Below, one piece after another: positions 1 through 9,988 of a DNA stretch of 64,000 nt. The notes beneath the pieces are model-generated. The model saw nothing but the letters and a program-made list of their open reading frames with translations, was not told the DNA's origin and searched no databases. Each line of letters begins with the position of its first letter. Within the stretch, counting starts at the first letter, position 1. The position numbers and the translations under genes were made by a program. This DNA comes from Candidatus Omnitrophota bacterium (GTDB lineage Bacteria > Omnitrophota > Gorgyraeia > Gorgyraeales > Gorgyraeaceae): the NCBI GenBank assembly GCA_043814965.1, contig JBDRJN010000014.1, forward strand, positions 3,084 to 67,083. Reading direction: 5' to 3'.

Positions 1-390
1 GAGACCAGATATGGGGGGTTTCCTGTTGTTGATAAAAATAGAAAGATTATCGGTATGATCACAAAAGCGGAGATCCTTAGCGTATTACTGCCAGATTATT
101 TTGATCTACTGGGCGATAACATCATGTTTATAGATGATTTTGGTACATTGGATGAGGAGTTTGAGTCACTCCCGACGTTCGAACTGTTTATAGCAGAAGA
201 TATCATGAAAAAAGGCGCGGTTACGGTAGAAGAAGATGCCTCTCTTTTGAAGGTAGTCGCGATGATGAGAAAAAAGAATGTCCGCAGGATATTGGTCGAA
301 AAAGACGGAGTCTTAAAAGGGATAATAACAAGAAGTGATATATGTAAGGCCTTTTTTGAAAATGGAGATATGTTAAAAGATGATAAGTAG
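1..390 (+). CDS. CBS-domain protein, 5'-truncated by window edge
   Basis: Frame is open from base 1 (ETRYGGFPVVDKNRKIIGMITKAEI); second CBS repeat AEDIMKK...RRILVEKDGVLKGIITRSDI. Confidence 0.85.
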   Translation, partial: ETRYGGFPVVDKNRKIIGMITKAEILSVLLPDYFDLLGDNIMFIDDFGTLDEEFESLPTFELFIAEDIMKKGAVTVEEDASLLKVVAMMRKKNVRRILVEKDGVLKGIITRSDICKAFFENGDMLKDDK

Positions 391-1657
391 CATAATCGCA
401 TCATTAATAATGCTGGCAGCGCTTTATTTTATTGTCACTGAAAAACTGGACAAAGTGATAGCTGTCTCCAGCTGCGCGCTGCTTATGGTTATCACTGGGC
501 ATATACTGGGTTTTTACTCGCAGAGAAAAGCGCTAAGCGCAATAGATTTTAATACATTAGGCCTTATCTTAGGCATGATGATATTGGTCTCTGTCCTTAA
601 AAGAACAGGATTTTTTACATATCTTGCAATAAGCCTTGCAAAGCTATCAAAAGGAAAACCATTGAACCTTATGGTAATAATGGGCATATCTACCGCGTTT
701 TTATCTATGCTGGTAGACAATGTCACGACAATCGTTATTATAGGCCCTATCACTATCCTTGTCTGTGACATATTGGGAATAACGCCGTTACCGATCTTGA
801 TGGCAGAGATATTTTTGTCTCTCATAGGAGGAGTAGGGACATTGGTAGGGGATCCTCCTAATATGCTTATAGGTTCTGCGAGCGGGCATAGCTTTAATGA
901 TTTTTTGAAGAACCTTTTTCCCGTGACTTGTGTTACGATATTCTTTTCACTTTTTATACTTAGGTTTATCCACAGGAAGCATCTCTCTGAAAAATCCAGG
1001 AATTTTCAATCAGTTATGAAAATAGACCCCGGGAAGGCAATAAGGAATAAGGCTGGTATGAAAAGATGTTTGCTTGTCCTGGGGATAACATTTGTACTTT
1101 TTTTCTTACACGAGAAACTCCATCTTTACCCTTCATTTATAACTTTGTTTGGCGCAGGGCTTGCATTTGTGCTTTTGAGGCCGGATCCTGAAGAGATCTT
1201 CCATGATGTGGAGTGGCCGGTCCTTGTGTTCTTGGCATGTTTTTTTGTGATTGTCGAAGGCCTTCACGAGACGGGTTTACTTACTTTATTTGCAGAAAAG
1301 ACCTCAGGCCTTGCATCGGTAAACTTTAAGTTGTATAAGATAATGTTGCTATGGGTGACCGGGTTTTTATCTTCCATGATAGGCGCGGTACCATTTAGCA
1401 TGATAATGATACCTATCATAAAAAGCCTTAGCGTGTTAGGCATAGATATAAGTTCTCTCTGGTGGATCCTTGCCATGGGAGTAGGTTTTGGCGCTAATGG
1501 CCTTCCGGTCGGTCATACAGCAAGTATACTGGGCATAGCCATAAGCAAAAAATCAAGAAGCCCTATTGATATAAAGACATGGCTGAAGTCAGCTATTGTT
1601 ATAACAGTTGCATCACTGCTATTTGTGACAGTACTGATATTAGTAGGCATATTTTAA
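380..1657 (+). CDS. ArsB/NhaD/SLC13 (IT superfamily) membrane transporter
   Basis: About 11-12 hydrophobic segments; motifs SMLVDNVTT and GTLVGDPPNMLIG. Confidence 0.85.
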   Translation: MISSIIASLIMLAALYFIVTEKLDKVIAVSSCALLMVITGHILGFYSQRKALSAIDFNTLGLILGMMILVSVLKRTGFFTYLAISLAKLSKGKPLNLMVIMGISTAFLSMLVDNVTTIVIIGPITILVCDILGITPLPILMAEIFLSLIGGVGTLVGDPPNMLIGSASGHSFNDFLKNLFPVTCVTIFFSLFILRFIHRKHLSEKSRNFQSVMKIDPGKAIRNKAGMKRCLLVLGITFVLFFLHEKLHLYPSFITLFGAGLAFVLLRPDPEEIFHDVEWPVLVFLACFFVIVEGLHETGLLTLFAEKTSGLASVNFKLYKIMLLWVTGFLSSMIGAVPFSMIMIPIIKSLSVLGIDISSLWWILAMGVGFGANGLPVGHTASILGIAISKKSRSPIDIKTWLKSAIVITVASLLFVTVLILVGIF

Positions 1658-1663
1658 TATCCC

Positions 1664-2659
1664 ATGAAGATACTATATCTAGTTAAATATCTTTTTATAC
1701 CATTTTCCATAGTTTATTATCTAATAGTATCTCTTCGTAATTTTTTTTATGATACAAGTATTTTTAAAAGATATTCATTTAAGAATAAAGTAATAAGTGT
1801 AGGCAACATCACGTGGGGCGGGACAGGGAAGACCCCTCTGGCGATATATATAACCAGATTGCTTTTAGACAACAATAAAAAACCAGCAATACTTATTCGG
1901 GGTTATGGTGAGGATGAATACAAGCTTTTTTCTAGGCTGATACCGGATGTACCTGTAGGGGTGGGCAAAGACAGGATCAAGGAAGGAAAAAGATTATTAA
2001 CACATTCTTCTATAGATACATTTGTGCTAGATGATGGTTTTCAACATAGAAGGATCGATAGGGACTTGGATATAGTTTGCATAGACAGCCTGGATCCTTT
2101 TGGTAATGATCTATTGATCCCTGCTGGTTCAATGAGAGAGCCTCTCATGTCTCTTAGCAGGGGAGACATCTTTTTAATAACAAAAGTGGACCTCTGCGCC
2201 AGCAAAAAAAGATCGGATGATCTAGTAAAAAAACTAAAGAGTATAAATCCAAAAGCCATTATAGCAAAGGCTGTTTATAGGCTGGATTATTTTTATGACA
2301 TTAAAGATGGCTCAAAGATAGATGGATCTAAGCTGAGGAATAAAGAACTTGTCCTTGTCTCAGGCATTGCAAGCCCCAGGTCATTCGAAAATACTATATT
2401 GAACCTGGGGATGAAGATCAAAAAGCATTTTGCATTTAGAGACCATTATTTTTATAGCGGTATTAACCTGAAGAGGATAGAGGAGTTTTGCAGGGCTAAT
2501 AATATAGACGGTTTTATTGTCACGGAAAAGGATGCTGTCAAGATAAAGCCGATCGCAGAAAAAAGCAATGTAAAAATATACGTAGCTTCTATCTCGCTTG
2601 AGATCATTGAGAATAAAGATGAATTCCATAATAGACTTTTTACTATTTATAATAGTTAA
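1664..2659 (+). CDS. lpxK: Tetraacyldisaccharide 4'-kinase
   Basis: ISVGNITWGGTGKTP P-loop, LDDGFQH, PAGSMRE, VTEKDAVK. Confidence 0.95.
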   Translation: MKILYLVKYLFIPFSIVYYLIVSLRNFFYDTSIFKRYSFKNKVISVGNITWGGTGKTPLAIYITRLLLDNNKKPAILIRGYGEDEYKLFSRLIPDVPVGVGKDRIKEGKRLLTHSSIDTFVLDDGFQHRRIDRDLDIVCIDSLDPFGNDLLIPAGSMREPLMSLSRGDIFLITKVDLCASKKRSDDLVKKLKSINPKAIIAKAVYRLDYFYDIKDGSKIDGSKLRNKELVLVSGIASPRSFENTILNLGMKIKKHFAFRDHYFYSGINLKRIEEFCRANNIDGFIVTEKDAVKIKPIAEKSNVKIYVASISLEIIENKDEFHNRLFTIYNS

Positions 2660-4589
2660 GGCGATCGGGCTGCTGTTGTCCTTTTTGCCTTTAGGCCTTT
2701 CTCTCTTTATAGGGCGAAGGCTGGGGGATATGGCATATCTTGTAAATTCAAAAAGAAGGTCTATCGCATATGCCAATCTAAAGGCTAGCTTCCCTGACAA
2801 AAAAAGAAAAGAGCTTAAAGAGATAGCCAGGTCCCATTACAGAAATCTGGGGATGAATATCATAGAGCTTTTAAAGTTTCCGCAGATGAGCCCTTCTTAT
2901 CTAAAAAGACATATTGAGTTTAGGGGCACGGAAAATACCGAAAAAGCGATTTCACAAGAAAAAGGCGTAATATTATTGACAGCTCACTTTGGAAATTGGG
3001 AGATATCTTCTCTTGCTTCAAATAGTCTTGGATACAAGATGAGCGTTTTTGCAAGGGAACAAAAATATAAAAAACTAGATAACCTGCTTAATCGATATAG
3101 GCAATTAACAGGATGTAAGGTTGTAACAAAGGGTTTTTCTGTAAGAGATATTATAAAAACGCTTAAAGATAATGGCATTGTCGCGATGCTGGCTGATCAG
3201 GATGCAGGAGCTAATGGAGTATTTGTTGATTTTTTTGGAAGAAGGGCTTCCGCGGCTACAGGCCCTATAGTCTTTGGCCAGAAGACGGGAGCAGTGATAC
3301 TGCCTTCTTTCGCAAGAAGAAAGGATGATCTTGATCATTTTGTAGAGATCAATAGACCCTTTGAGCTTATAGATACAAAAGATAAAGAAAAAGATCTCAA
3401 GGCAAATTTAGAAAACCTGAATAAGATCCTGGAGGGGTATATAACAAGATTTCCTGACCAATGGCTTTGGTCTCACAAGAGATGGAAGAGTTCTCCTGAC
3501 AGGAAAGTGCTTTTATTGAGCGATGGAAAGGCAGGGCACCTTAACCAGTCTTTGTCAGCAGCTGACCTGGTAAAGGACGCATTGCGTAGAAGACTCGATA
3601 GGAAGGGCATAAAAGAAAATGAGATCGTAGATATAAAAATCTGTGAGATTGAGTTTAAAAATAGGTTTACCAGGATATTTTTGGATATTGCAAGCGTATT
3701 TTCCGGCAGGCGCTGCCAAGGCTGTATGAGGTGTTTAAAGTTTTCCCTTACAAAAGAATCTTTTAAACGTGTCGCGGCCCAATATGCCGATATTGTGGTC
3801 TCGTGCGGGTCATCCCTGGCATCTGTAAATATATTTTTGAAATACGAGAACAATGCTAAAAACTGTATAATCATGAAACCAGGTTTCTATAATCGCGGCA
3901 AATTTGATAGGGTTATGATCTCAAAACATGATATGCCTTTTAAAAAGAGCCCTAACTTAGTTATTACAGAACTTCCGCTGAACAATATTACAAATATAGA
4001 GATGGATAAGAAAACCTCTGATGTGTTTGGGGAAGATATCGCTAAAGGCGGGGTAGGATTATTGGTAGGAGGCGATGCAAAAGGTTTTAGCCTGGATAAA
4101 GAATATACTGAAAGGCTCTTGGAAGCAGCCTTAAGGATATGCAAAGATAGATCACTAGGCTTATTTGTAACTACTTCTAGAAGGACCCCAGTCGAAATAG
4201 AAATGTATCTTAAAGACAAGCTTAAGGATGATGTATTATGTAGATCTCTTGTAATAGCTAACAAAGGTAATGTACAGGGCATAGTACCTGCGATATTAGG
4301 GGTAAGCGATATTATTTTGACAACACCAGATTCAGTATCTATGATCTCAGAGGCTGTCTCTTCAGGGAAATATGTAGTGGTTATAAAAGAGCATAAAAGT
4401 AAAATTAGACAGGGGCATGAGAATAAGTACGATAGGATCATAGCTAACTTGGAAAGAGACGGATACATAGAGACAGCTTATCCTTCTGGTATTTACGACA
4501 AGATAGCATATCTTCTAAAAAATAGGCCCAAGATCAAGGTTTTAAAAGATAGGGACATAGTGAGAGATTCTTTGGAATCAATATTATGA
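2619..4589 (+). CDS. Fusion of an LpxL/HtrB-type lipid A acyltransferase and an ELM1/GtrOC1-like domain
   Basis: N-half has TAHFGNWE, LADQD and PDQWLWSHKRWK; C-half has LSDGKAGHLNQS, GLLVGGD, VTTSRRTP and TPDSVSMISEA. ATG 2619 preferred over TTG 2598. Confidence 0.85.
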   Translation: MNSIIDFLLFIIVKAIGLLLSFLPLGLSLFIGRRLGDMAYLVNSKRRSIAYANLKASFPDKKRKELKEIARSHYRNLGMNIIELLKFPQMSPSYLKRHIEFRGTENTEKAISQEKGVILLTAHFGNWEISSLASNSLGYKMSVFAREQKYKKLDNLLNRYRQLTGCKVVTKGFSVRDIIKTLKDNGIVAMLADQDAGANGVFVDFFGRRASAATGPIVFGQKTGAVILPSFARRKDDLDHFVEINRPFELIDTKDKEKDLKANLENLNKILEGYITRFPDQWLWSHKRWKSSPDRKVLLLSDGKAGHLNQSLSAADLVKDALRRRLDRKGIKENEIVDIKICEIEFKNRFTRIFLDIASVFSGRRCQGCMRCLKFSLTKESFKRVAAQYADIVVSCGSSLASVNIFLKYENNAKNCIIMKPGFYNRGKFDRVMISKHDMPFKKSPNLVITELPLNNITNIEMDKKTSDVFGEDIAKGGVGLLVGGDAKGFSLDKEYTERLLEAALRICKDRSLGLFVTTSRRTPVEIEMYLKDKLKDDVLCRSLVIANKGNVQGIVPAILGVSDIILTTPDSVSMISEAVSSGKYVVVIKEHKSKIRQGHENKYDRIIANLERDGYIETAYPSGIYDKIAYLLKNRPKIKVLKDRDIVRDSLESIL

Positions 4590-6721
4590 ATATACTGCAG
4601 ATCCTTCCAGCGCTTGAAGTAGGCGGAGTTGAGACAGGGACCATCGATCTATCCCGTGAACTTATGAAACGGGGCCACAATGTCATCGTTGTCTCTAATG
4701 GCGGTAAGATGGTAAAGCATCTTGTAGACATGGAAGCCCGCCATATCAAGCTGCCTGTACACAAAAAGTCACTAGTGACTATTATAAAGATGATAAAGAG
4801 ATTAAGGTATATTATACAAGAAGAAAATGTAGATATTGTGCATGCAAGATCCAGGGTCCCTGCCATAATAGCTTTTTTTGCTGCACGTTCTACAAGAGCG
4901 AACTTTATAACAACAGCGCATGGTTATTATTCTACGCATCTATTGAGCAAGGTGATGGGATGGGGTAAATTTGTGATCGTCGCATCAACTATCATGGGAA
5001 GGCACATGATAGAGAATTTTAAAGTCCCTCATGAAAGGTTAAGGTTTATACCCAGGGGCGTTGACCTTGAAGGCTTTAATTTTAATCCACCGGATCAATC
5101 AGATGCAAAATCGGAATATAAGATAGGTATAGTAGGCAGGATCACTCCGATAAAAGGGCATAGTTTTTTCTTGCAGTCTATCGCAAGAGTAATAAGGATA
5201 TTTCCTAAAGTAAAGATCCTTATCGTAGGCGACGCGCCTAAGGAAAAGCCTGAATACAGGCGTAATCTGGAACTTCTTATAAAAAAACTTGATATAGAAA
5301 GATTTGTTGAGTTCCTGGGCTCCAGGGATGACATGCCTAAAATTATGTCTTCTCTTGATCTATTGGTCTCTTCTTCTGTGGGGCAGGAGGCATTTGGAAG
5401 AGTAATAATTGAAGCAGGCGCAAGCGGTGTGCCTGTTGTGAGTACGCGTATAGGAGGAGTTGTAGATATAATCGAGGATAACAAGACAGGCCTTTTAGTA
5501 AAACCTGGTGATATAAAAGAGATGGTGGATGCTATATTAAAAGTTTTAAAGGACAGGAATCTTGCCAGGAACCTTGCAATCGAAGCAAGAAAAAAGGTAG
5601 AAAAGGAATACAATCTTAATGCTATGGCAGAGCGTACTATCAAAGTCTATGAAGAAGCGATAGATAAGAAGCGGATATTGGTCATAAAACTTGGGGCAAT
5701 AGGGGATGTCATACTTTCCGTCCCGAGCCTAAAACTCTTAAGGAATAATTTTCCCAATGCCTTTATAAGCGTATTAGTGGGGAATGAGTCCAGGCATATA
5801 TTGAAAAAGTGTCCATACATAGACGATATAATACTATATGACAATAGATCCAGCAGCAACATAAGGTCTCTTGTAAAGATATCCAATACAATAAGATCCA
5901 AGGGGTTTGATATGTCCATAGACTTGCAGAATAATAAAATAAGTCATTTTATAGCCTGGTTCAGTTTTATACCTATGAGATCTGGTTATGATAATAAAAA
6001 ACTCGGGTTTTTGCTTAATAATGGTATCAAGTATTTAAATATCGCTTCCGGCCCCATAGAAGAACAATTCAGGATCCTCAAAAAAGCGGGGTGTGATACA
6101 TCATCAGCCTCGAGGAGATTGGAATTATGGCCTTCCAGGGAAGATTTTCTGTATGTGGACAATTTTTTAAAAAGTGAATGGATAGGTGAGGGCCAGGTAC
6201 TCATCGGGATAAATATAGGAGGAAGCTGGAAGACAAAAAGATGGCCTAAAAGAAATATCGCAAGGCTTATTGATATGTTTGCTTCAAAACATATAAGAGT
6301 TGTCATAACTGGCGCGGAGAATGAAAAGGCCTTGGCAGAAGAACTCAAGTGTATCACAAAATCAAAGATCATAGATGCGGTCTCAAAGATAGACATATTA
6401 CAGCTGGCTAGCCTTATAAAAAGGTGTAAAGTATATATTACCGGAGATAGCGCTCCTATGCATATAGCTTCGGCTATGGGAGTAGAGTTTATAGCACTGT
6501 TTGGGCCGACAGACCCCAGGAGGCATGTTGAGCCAACAGCTAAGGCGGCTGTTATAAAAAAAGACCTGGCCTGTGCACCTTGCTATAGGTCAAAGTGCAA
6601 GAATATCATCTGTATGGATAAGATCAGCGTAGATGAGATATATAGATTGGTGATGGAAAAAATAGGAGATAATAAATCCGAAATCCGAAATCAGAAATCC
6701 GAAACAGATCCAAGATCTTGA
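4586..6721 (+). CDS. Fusion of a GT4 glycosyltransferase and a GT9 heptosyltransferase-like domain
   Basis: GT4: LEVGGVE, VHARSR, EAFGRVIIEA. GT9: ILVIKLGAIGDVIL, KRWP, GDSAPMHIA, LFGPT, CAPC. Confidence 0.9.
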   Translation: MNILQILPALEVGGVETGTIDLSRELMKRGHNVIVVSNGGKMVKHLVDMEARHIKLPVHKKSLVTIIKMIKRLRYIIQEENVDIVHARSRVPAIIAFFAARSTRANFITTAHGYYSTHLLSKVMGWGKFVIVASTIMGRHMIENFKVPHERLRFIPRGVDLEGFNFNPPDQSDAKSEYKIGIVGRITPIKGHSFFLQSIARVIRIFPKVKILIVGDAPKEKPEYRRNLELLIKKLDIERFVEFLGSRDDMPKIMSSLDLLVSSSVGQEAFGRVIIEAGASGVPVVSTRIGGVVDIIEDNKTGLLVKPGDIKEMVDAILKVLKDRNLARNLAIEARKKVEKEYNLNAMAERTIKVYEEAIDKKRILVIKLGAIGDVILSVPSLKLLRNNFPNAFISVLVGNESRHILKKCPYIDDIILYDNRSSSNIRSLVKISNTIRSKGFDMSIDLQNNKISHFIAWFSFIPMRSGYDNKKLGFLLNNGIKYLNIASGPIEEQFRILKKAGCDTSSASRRLELWPSREDFLYVDNFLKSEWIGEGQVLIGINIGGSWKTKRWPKRNIARLIDMFASKHIRVVITGAENEKALAEELKCITKSKIIDAVSKIDILQLASLIKRCKVYITGDSAPMHIASAMGVEFIALFGPTDPRRHVEPTAKAAVIKKDLACAPCYRSKCKNIICMDKISVDEIYRLVMEKIGDNKSEIRNQKSETDPRS

Positions 6722-6785
6722 TCTGCAAATGACAAGGATATTATTATTTAAAATTTTCGGATTTTGATATTCGAGTTTCGAATTT
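6674..6785. repeat. Heptamer-array hairpin (AAATCCG-type left arm, complementary right arm)
   Basis: AAATCCG AAATCCG AAATCAG AAATCCG at 6674-6701; TTTCGGATTTTGATATTCGAGTTTCGAATTT at 6755-6785; left arm is translated as KSEIRNQKSE at the end of the GT4-GT9 gene. Confidence 0.85.
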
Positions 6786-6792
6786 TAACTAT

Positions 6793-7902
6793 ATGCGTAT
6801 TTTATTATTGACTACACATCTGAATATAGGAGGGATCAGTAGTTATACTGTAAGCCTGGCTAAAATGCTTAAGGCAAACGGAAAAGAAGTCTATGTTGCT
6901 TCAAGCGGAGGAGTGTTGGTATCGGAATTGACGCAAGGAGGAGTATCCCATATAAAAATAGATATCCTGACGAAATCTGAATTAAGCTTGAAAGTATTTA
7001 AGTCCGCGCTTGAAATATATAAAATTGTCAAGACGCTGGGCATTGATATTGTACATGCTCAGACTAGAGTGACCCAGATAGTAGGTTTTCTTGTATCGAG
7101 GATGTCCAAGGTTAAATATATCTCTACATGTCATGGATTTTTCAATACTAACCTAGGAAGAAGGATTTTGCCTGCATGGGGGGATAGGGTTATAGCTATA
7201 AGCGAAGCTGTCAGTAAACACCTGAAAGATGATTTTAAGGTGGAGGATAATAGGATCTCCCTTGTATATAATGGCATAGATGTAAAAAGATTTGTGAGAA
7301 GTATAAGCGATGAGGAAAAGAATAACCTAAGAGAAAAATTTGGAATAAAAAAGGATGTCTTTATCCTGGGTACTATAGCCAGATTTACCCCTGATAAAGG
7401 CCATGACATCATATTATATGCCCTTATTAAAATACTTAAAGAGATCCCTAATGTTGTGGTTGTATTTGTTGGAGATGGTAAAGAGAGAGGCAAGATAATA
7501 GACTTAGCGCAGAGTTTCTATCTTTTAGACAAAGTGGTCTTTATAAAACCACAGATACATACTATAGGTATATTATCCATCATGGATATATTTATGTTTA
7601 CTCCCAGAAGAAAAGAAGGGCTGGGCCTGTCTTTACTTGAAGCCTTGGCCATGGGAAAACCTGCTGTAGCTACTAGCGTAGGCGGCATATGCAATGTAAT
7701 AGAAAATGGCGTCAATGGATTTTTAGTGGAGCCTTCAAGGCCGGAACTATTGGTCGAGCCTGTTGTAAGGCTTTTAACTGACAAAGAACTTTATAAAAAG
7801 ATGTCCCGTGCTGGCAGGGAGACGGTTGTGCAAAGATTTTCCATTAACGGGATGGTCAATAAGGTCGAGGCTATATACGATGAGGTAATAAGGGGATTTT
7901 GA
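6793..7902 (+). CDS. GT4 family glycosyltransferase
   Basis: HLNIGGI, IVHAQ, EGLGLSLLEALAMGKP. Confidence 0.9.
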   Translation: MRILLLTTHLNIGGISSYTVSLAKMLKANGKEVYVASSGGVLVSELTQGGVSHIKIDILTKSELSLKVFKSALEIYKIVKTLGIDIVHAQTRVTQIVGFLVSRMSKVKYISTCHGFFNTNLGRRILPAWGDRVIAISEAVSKHLKDDFKVEDNRISLVYNGIDVKRFVRSISDEEKNNLREKFGIKKDVFILGTIARFTPDKGHDIILYALIKILKEIPNVVVVFVGDGKERGKIIDLAQSFYLLDKVVFIKPQIHTIGILSIMDIFMFTPRRKEGLGLSLLEALAMGKPAVATSVGGICNVIENGVNGFLVEPSRPELLVEPVVRLLTDKELYKKMSRAGRETVVQRFSINGMVNKVEAIYDEVIRGF

Positions 7903-8672
7903 TGAAAAAAAAGAATTCGGTTATTTTAGTATTGCTTGTGATTATGCTGGTGGTTTTTTTATGGGGTAGGGAGCAATATGCCGTACCTATCATCATGTAT
8001 CATAATATAGACCAGAATAGCGCTTCTTCCAGGCTTAGCGTATCCCCGGAAAACTTTGAAAGGCAGATGTCTTTTTTAAAAAGGAATGACTATAATGTCG
8101 TCGAACTCAGCAAGATATCAGATCTAATAAGAAATAACGAGGTACCTTACAAGACTATCGCTATAACTTTCGATGACGGATATGAAAATAATTATAAATA
8201 TGCATTCCCTATTTTAAAAAAGTATGGCTTACCTGCCACTATCTTTATAGCTCCTGGCGTGATAGGCAAGGAGGGCTATATGACCTGGGAACAGGTCATC
8301 GAGATGTCAGATAGCGATGTTGTATCTATAGGGAGCCATTCCATGAATCACGCGTATCTTCCGCATATCCAAAAGTATTATCTAGATCTAGAAATAAAAG
8401 GGTCTAAAGATTTAATAGAGAGGTATATAAAAAAGAAAGTATATTCGTTTAGTTATCCTGTTGGAGGTTTCAATGACTATGTAAGGAATCTTGTGGTCAG
8501 GGCTGGCTACAAGATAGCAGTAGCTACTAATCCGGGTAAAAAATATCCCAAGCATGATATATTTGCCATGAAAAGGCTTCGTATCTCAAATACATCTGAT
8601 AATCTGTTTGTATTTTGGATAGAGACTTCTGGTTTTTACACATGGATAAAAGAACATAGAGATGATGATTGA
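7899..8672 (+). CDS. Polysaccharide deacetylase (NodB/CE4) with N-terminal anchor
   Basis: PIIMYH, ITFDDGY, GSHSMNH, FSYPVG. Confidence 0.9.
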   Translation: MMKKKNSVILVLLVIMLVVFLWGREQYAVPIIMYHNIDQNSASSRLSVSPENFERQMSFLKRNDYNVVELSKISDLIRNNEVPYKTIAITFDDGYENNYKYAFPILKKYGLPATIFIAPGVIGKEGYMTWEQVIEMSDSDVVSIGSHSMNHAYLPHIQKYYLDLEIKGSKDLIERYIKKKVYSFSYPVGGFNDYVRNLVVRAGYKIAVATNPGKKYPKHDIFAMKRLRISNTSDNLFVFWIETSGFYTWIKEHRDDD

Positions 8673-9669
8673 TCACATGAAACGTATTTTAGTAGTCAAT
8701 GTAAATTGGGTCGGAGATACTATATTTGCCACTCCTTTTATAAGATCTCTCAGGGAGACGTTTCCTCAGAGTTTTATTGCAGTGCTCACTCATCCCAGGT
8801 GCAAGGAGATACTTAGGGGAAACCCTAGCATAGACGAGGTGATATTGTTTGATGAAAAAAGTTGGAATCTTTTTAGAAGATTTTATATCATACCGCTTTT
8901 GAGGTCAAAAAAGTTTGATACCGCTTTTATATTGCGTAAGTCTTTGTCAAGGACGCTGCTGCTTAAATTATCCAGTATCCCCGAGAGGATAGGATATAGT
9001 AATAATAAAGCAGGTTTTTTATTGACAAAAAATGTCCCTGAACCAGGAAAGGTATTGCATAAGGTAGAGTATTTTTTAGGGCTTTTAAGGTCTATCGGCA
9101 TAAAACCAGGAAGCATAAGATATGAATTTTTTATAAATGAATCCGACAGAAAAGAGGCGTTGGAGCTGCTAAATTCTTTTGGGATAAAAGACAGCGAGGA
9201 TTTTATTGTTATCAATCCAGGCGGCAATTGGGATCTCAAGAGATGGCCGTTGGAATACTTTGCAGAATTAGGAGATGAGATATTCGATAGATTTCATATA
9301 AAAGTTGTCTTGAGCGGCGCATCAAAGGATATAGGATTATGCAATAAGATATCAAACCTGATGAAAACCAAACCTATCTTATTATGCGGAAAAACAAGCC
9401 TAAAGACACTAGGGGCGATCTTTGAAAGAGCAAAATATGTCATATCCGGCGATTCAGGGCCTATGCATATAGCAGTCAGCGCGGGTGCTAATGTAATAGC
9501 TTTGTTTGGCCCTACTTCCAGCGCTATAACAGGCCCTTATGGCGAGGGTAAGTATAAGGTCATTGAAAAGGAGATCGCCTGCAAAAAACCGTGTTATGAG
9601 CTTTCATGCAGTGATAATAGGTGCATGAAAGATATAACCGTAGAAGACGTTCTGAAGGAACTAAGGTAA
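8662..9669 (+). CDS. waaF: GT9 LPS heptosyltransferase II-like
   Basis: NWVGDTI, KRWP, GDSGPMHIA, LFGPT, C-terminal Cys cluster. Confidence 0.75.
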   Translation: MMIDHMKRILVVNVNWVGDTIFATPFIRSLRETFPQSFIAVLTHPRCKEILRGNPSIDEVILFDEKSWNLFRRFYIIPLLRSKKFDTAFILRKSLSRTLLLKLSSIPERIGYSNNKAGFLLTKNVPEPGKVLHKVEYFLGLLRSIGIKPGSIRYEFFINESDRKEALELLNSFGIKDSEDFIVINPGGNWDLKRWPLEYFAELGDEIFDRFHIKVVLSGASKDIGLCNKISNLMKTKPILLCGKTSLKTLGAIFERAKYVISGDSGPMHIAVSAGANVIALFGPTSSAITGPYGEGKYKVIEKEIACKKPCYELSCSDNRCMKDITVEDVLKELR

Positions 9670-9741
9670 GCATGGCAGAGCTTAAGATCATGTCTGCCAG
9701 CCTTCGCGGGTAGATCAAGAAAGGTTTTTTACAGCTTATAT

Positions 9742-9906
9742 TGTTGTTAGCTGGCGAGGTTTGAAAAAAGCCTTTTTGTTTTGCGAAACAACTGATCATG
9801 CATTACTGTAGAGTTGGCCTGTCAAAACAAAACGGAGCGAAGCCCAACTTTACAAATCACTAATTTTGGCTGAGCGTCTTTTTGAAGACCTCGCCAGCTA
9901 ACAACA
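9742..9906. repeat. Intergenic element bounded by a perfect 19-bp inverted repeat, with nested hairpins
   Basis: TGTTGTTAGCTGGCGAGGT (9742-9760) and ACCTCGCCAGCTAACAACA (9888-9906). Confidence 0.8.
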
Positions 9907-9988
9907 TGCCCGCTCGAAAGAAAAATGCCTCTCAAACAGCGCGCATAAGCAGGTAAAGCTGGTTTTAAAAAAGTCAGGTTGTTAATAT

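Noticed and set aside
9742-9985. Possible integron attC site (GTTAGC/GCTAAC boxes)
   Set aside because: The paired boxes are in the opposite order to attC (GTT precedes AAC), the flanking genes are LPS housekeeping genes, and no integrase is present.
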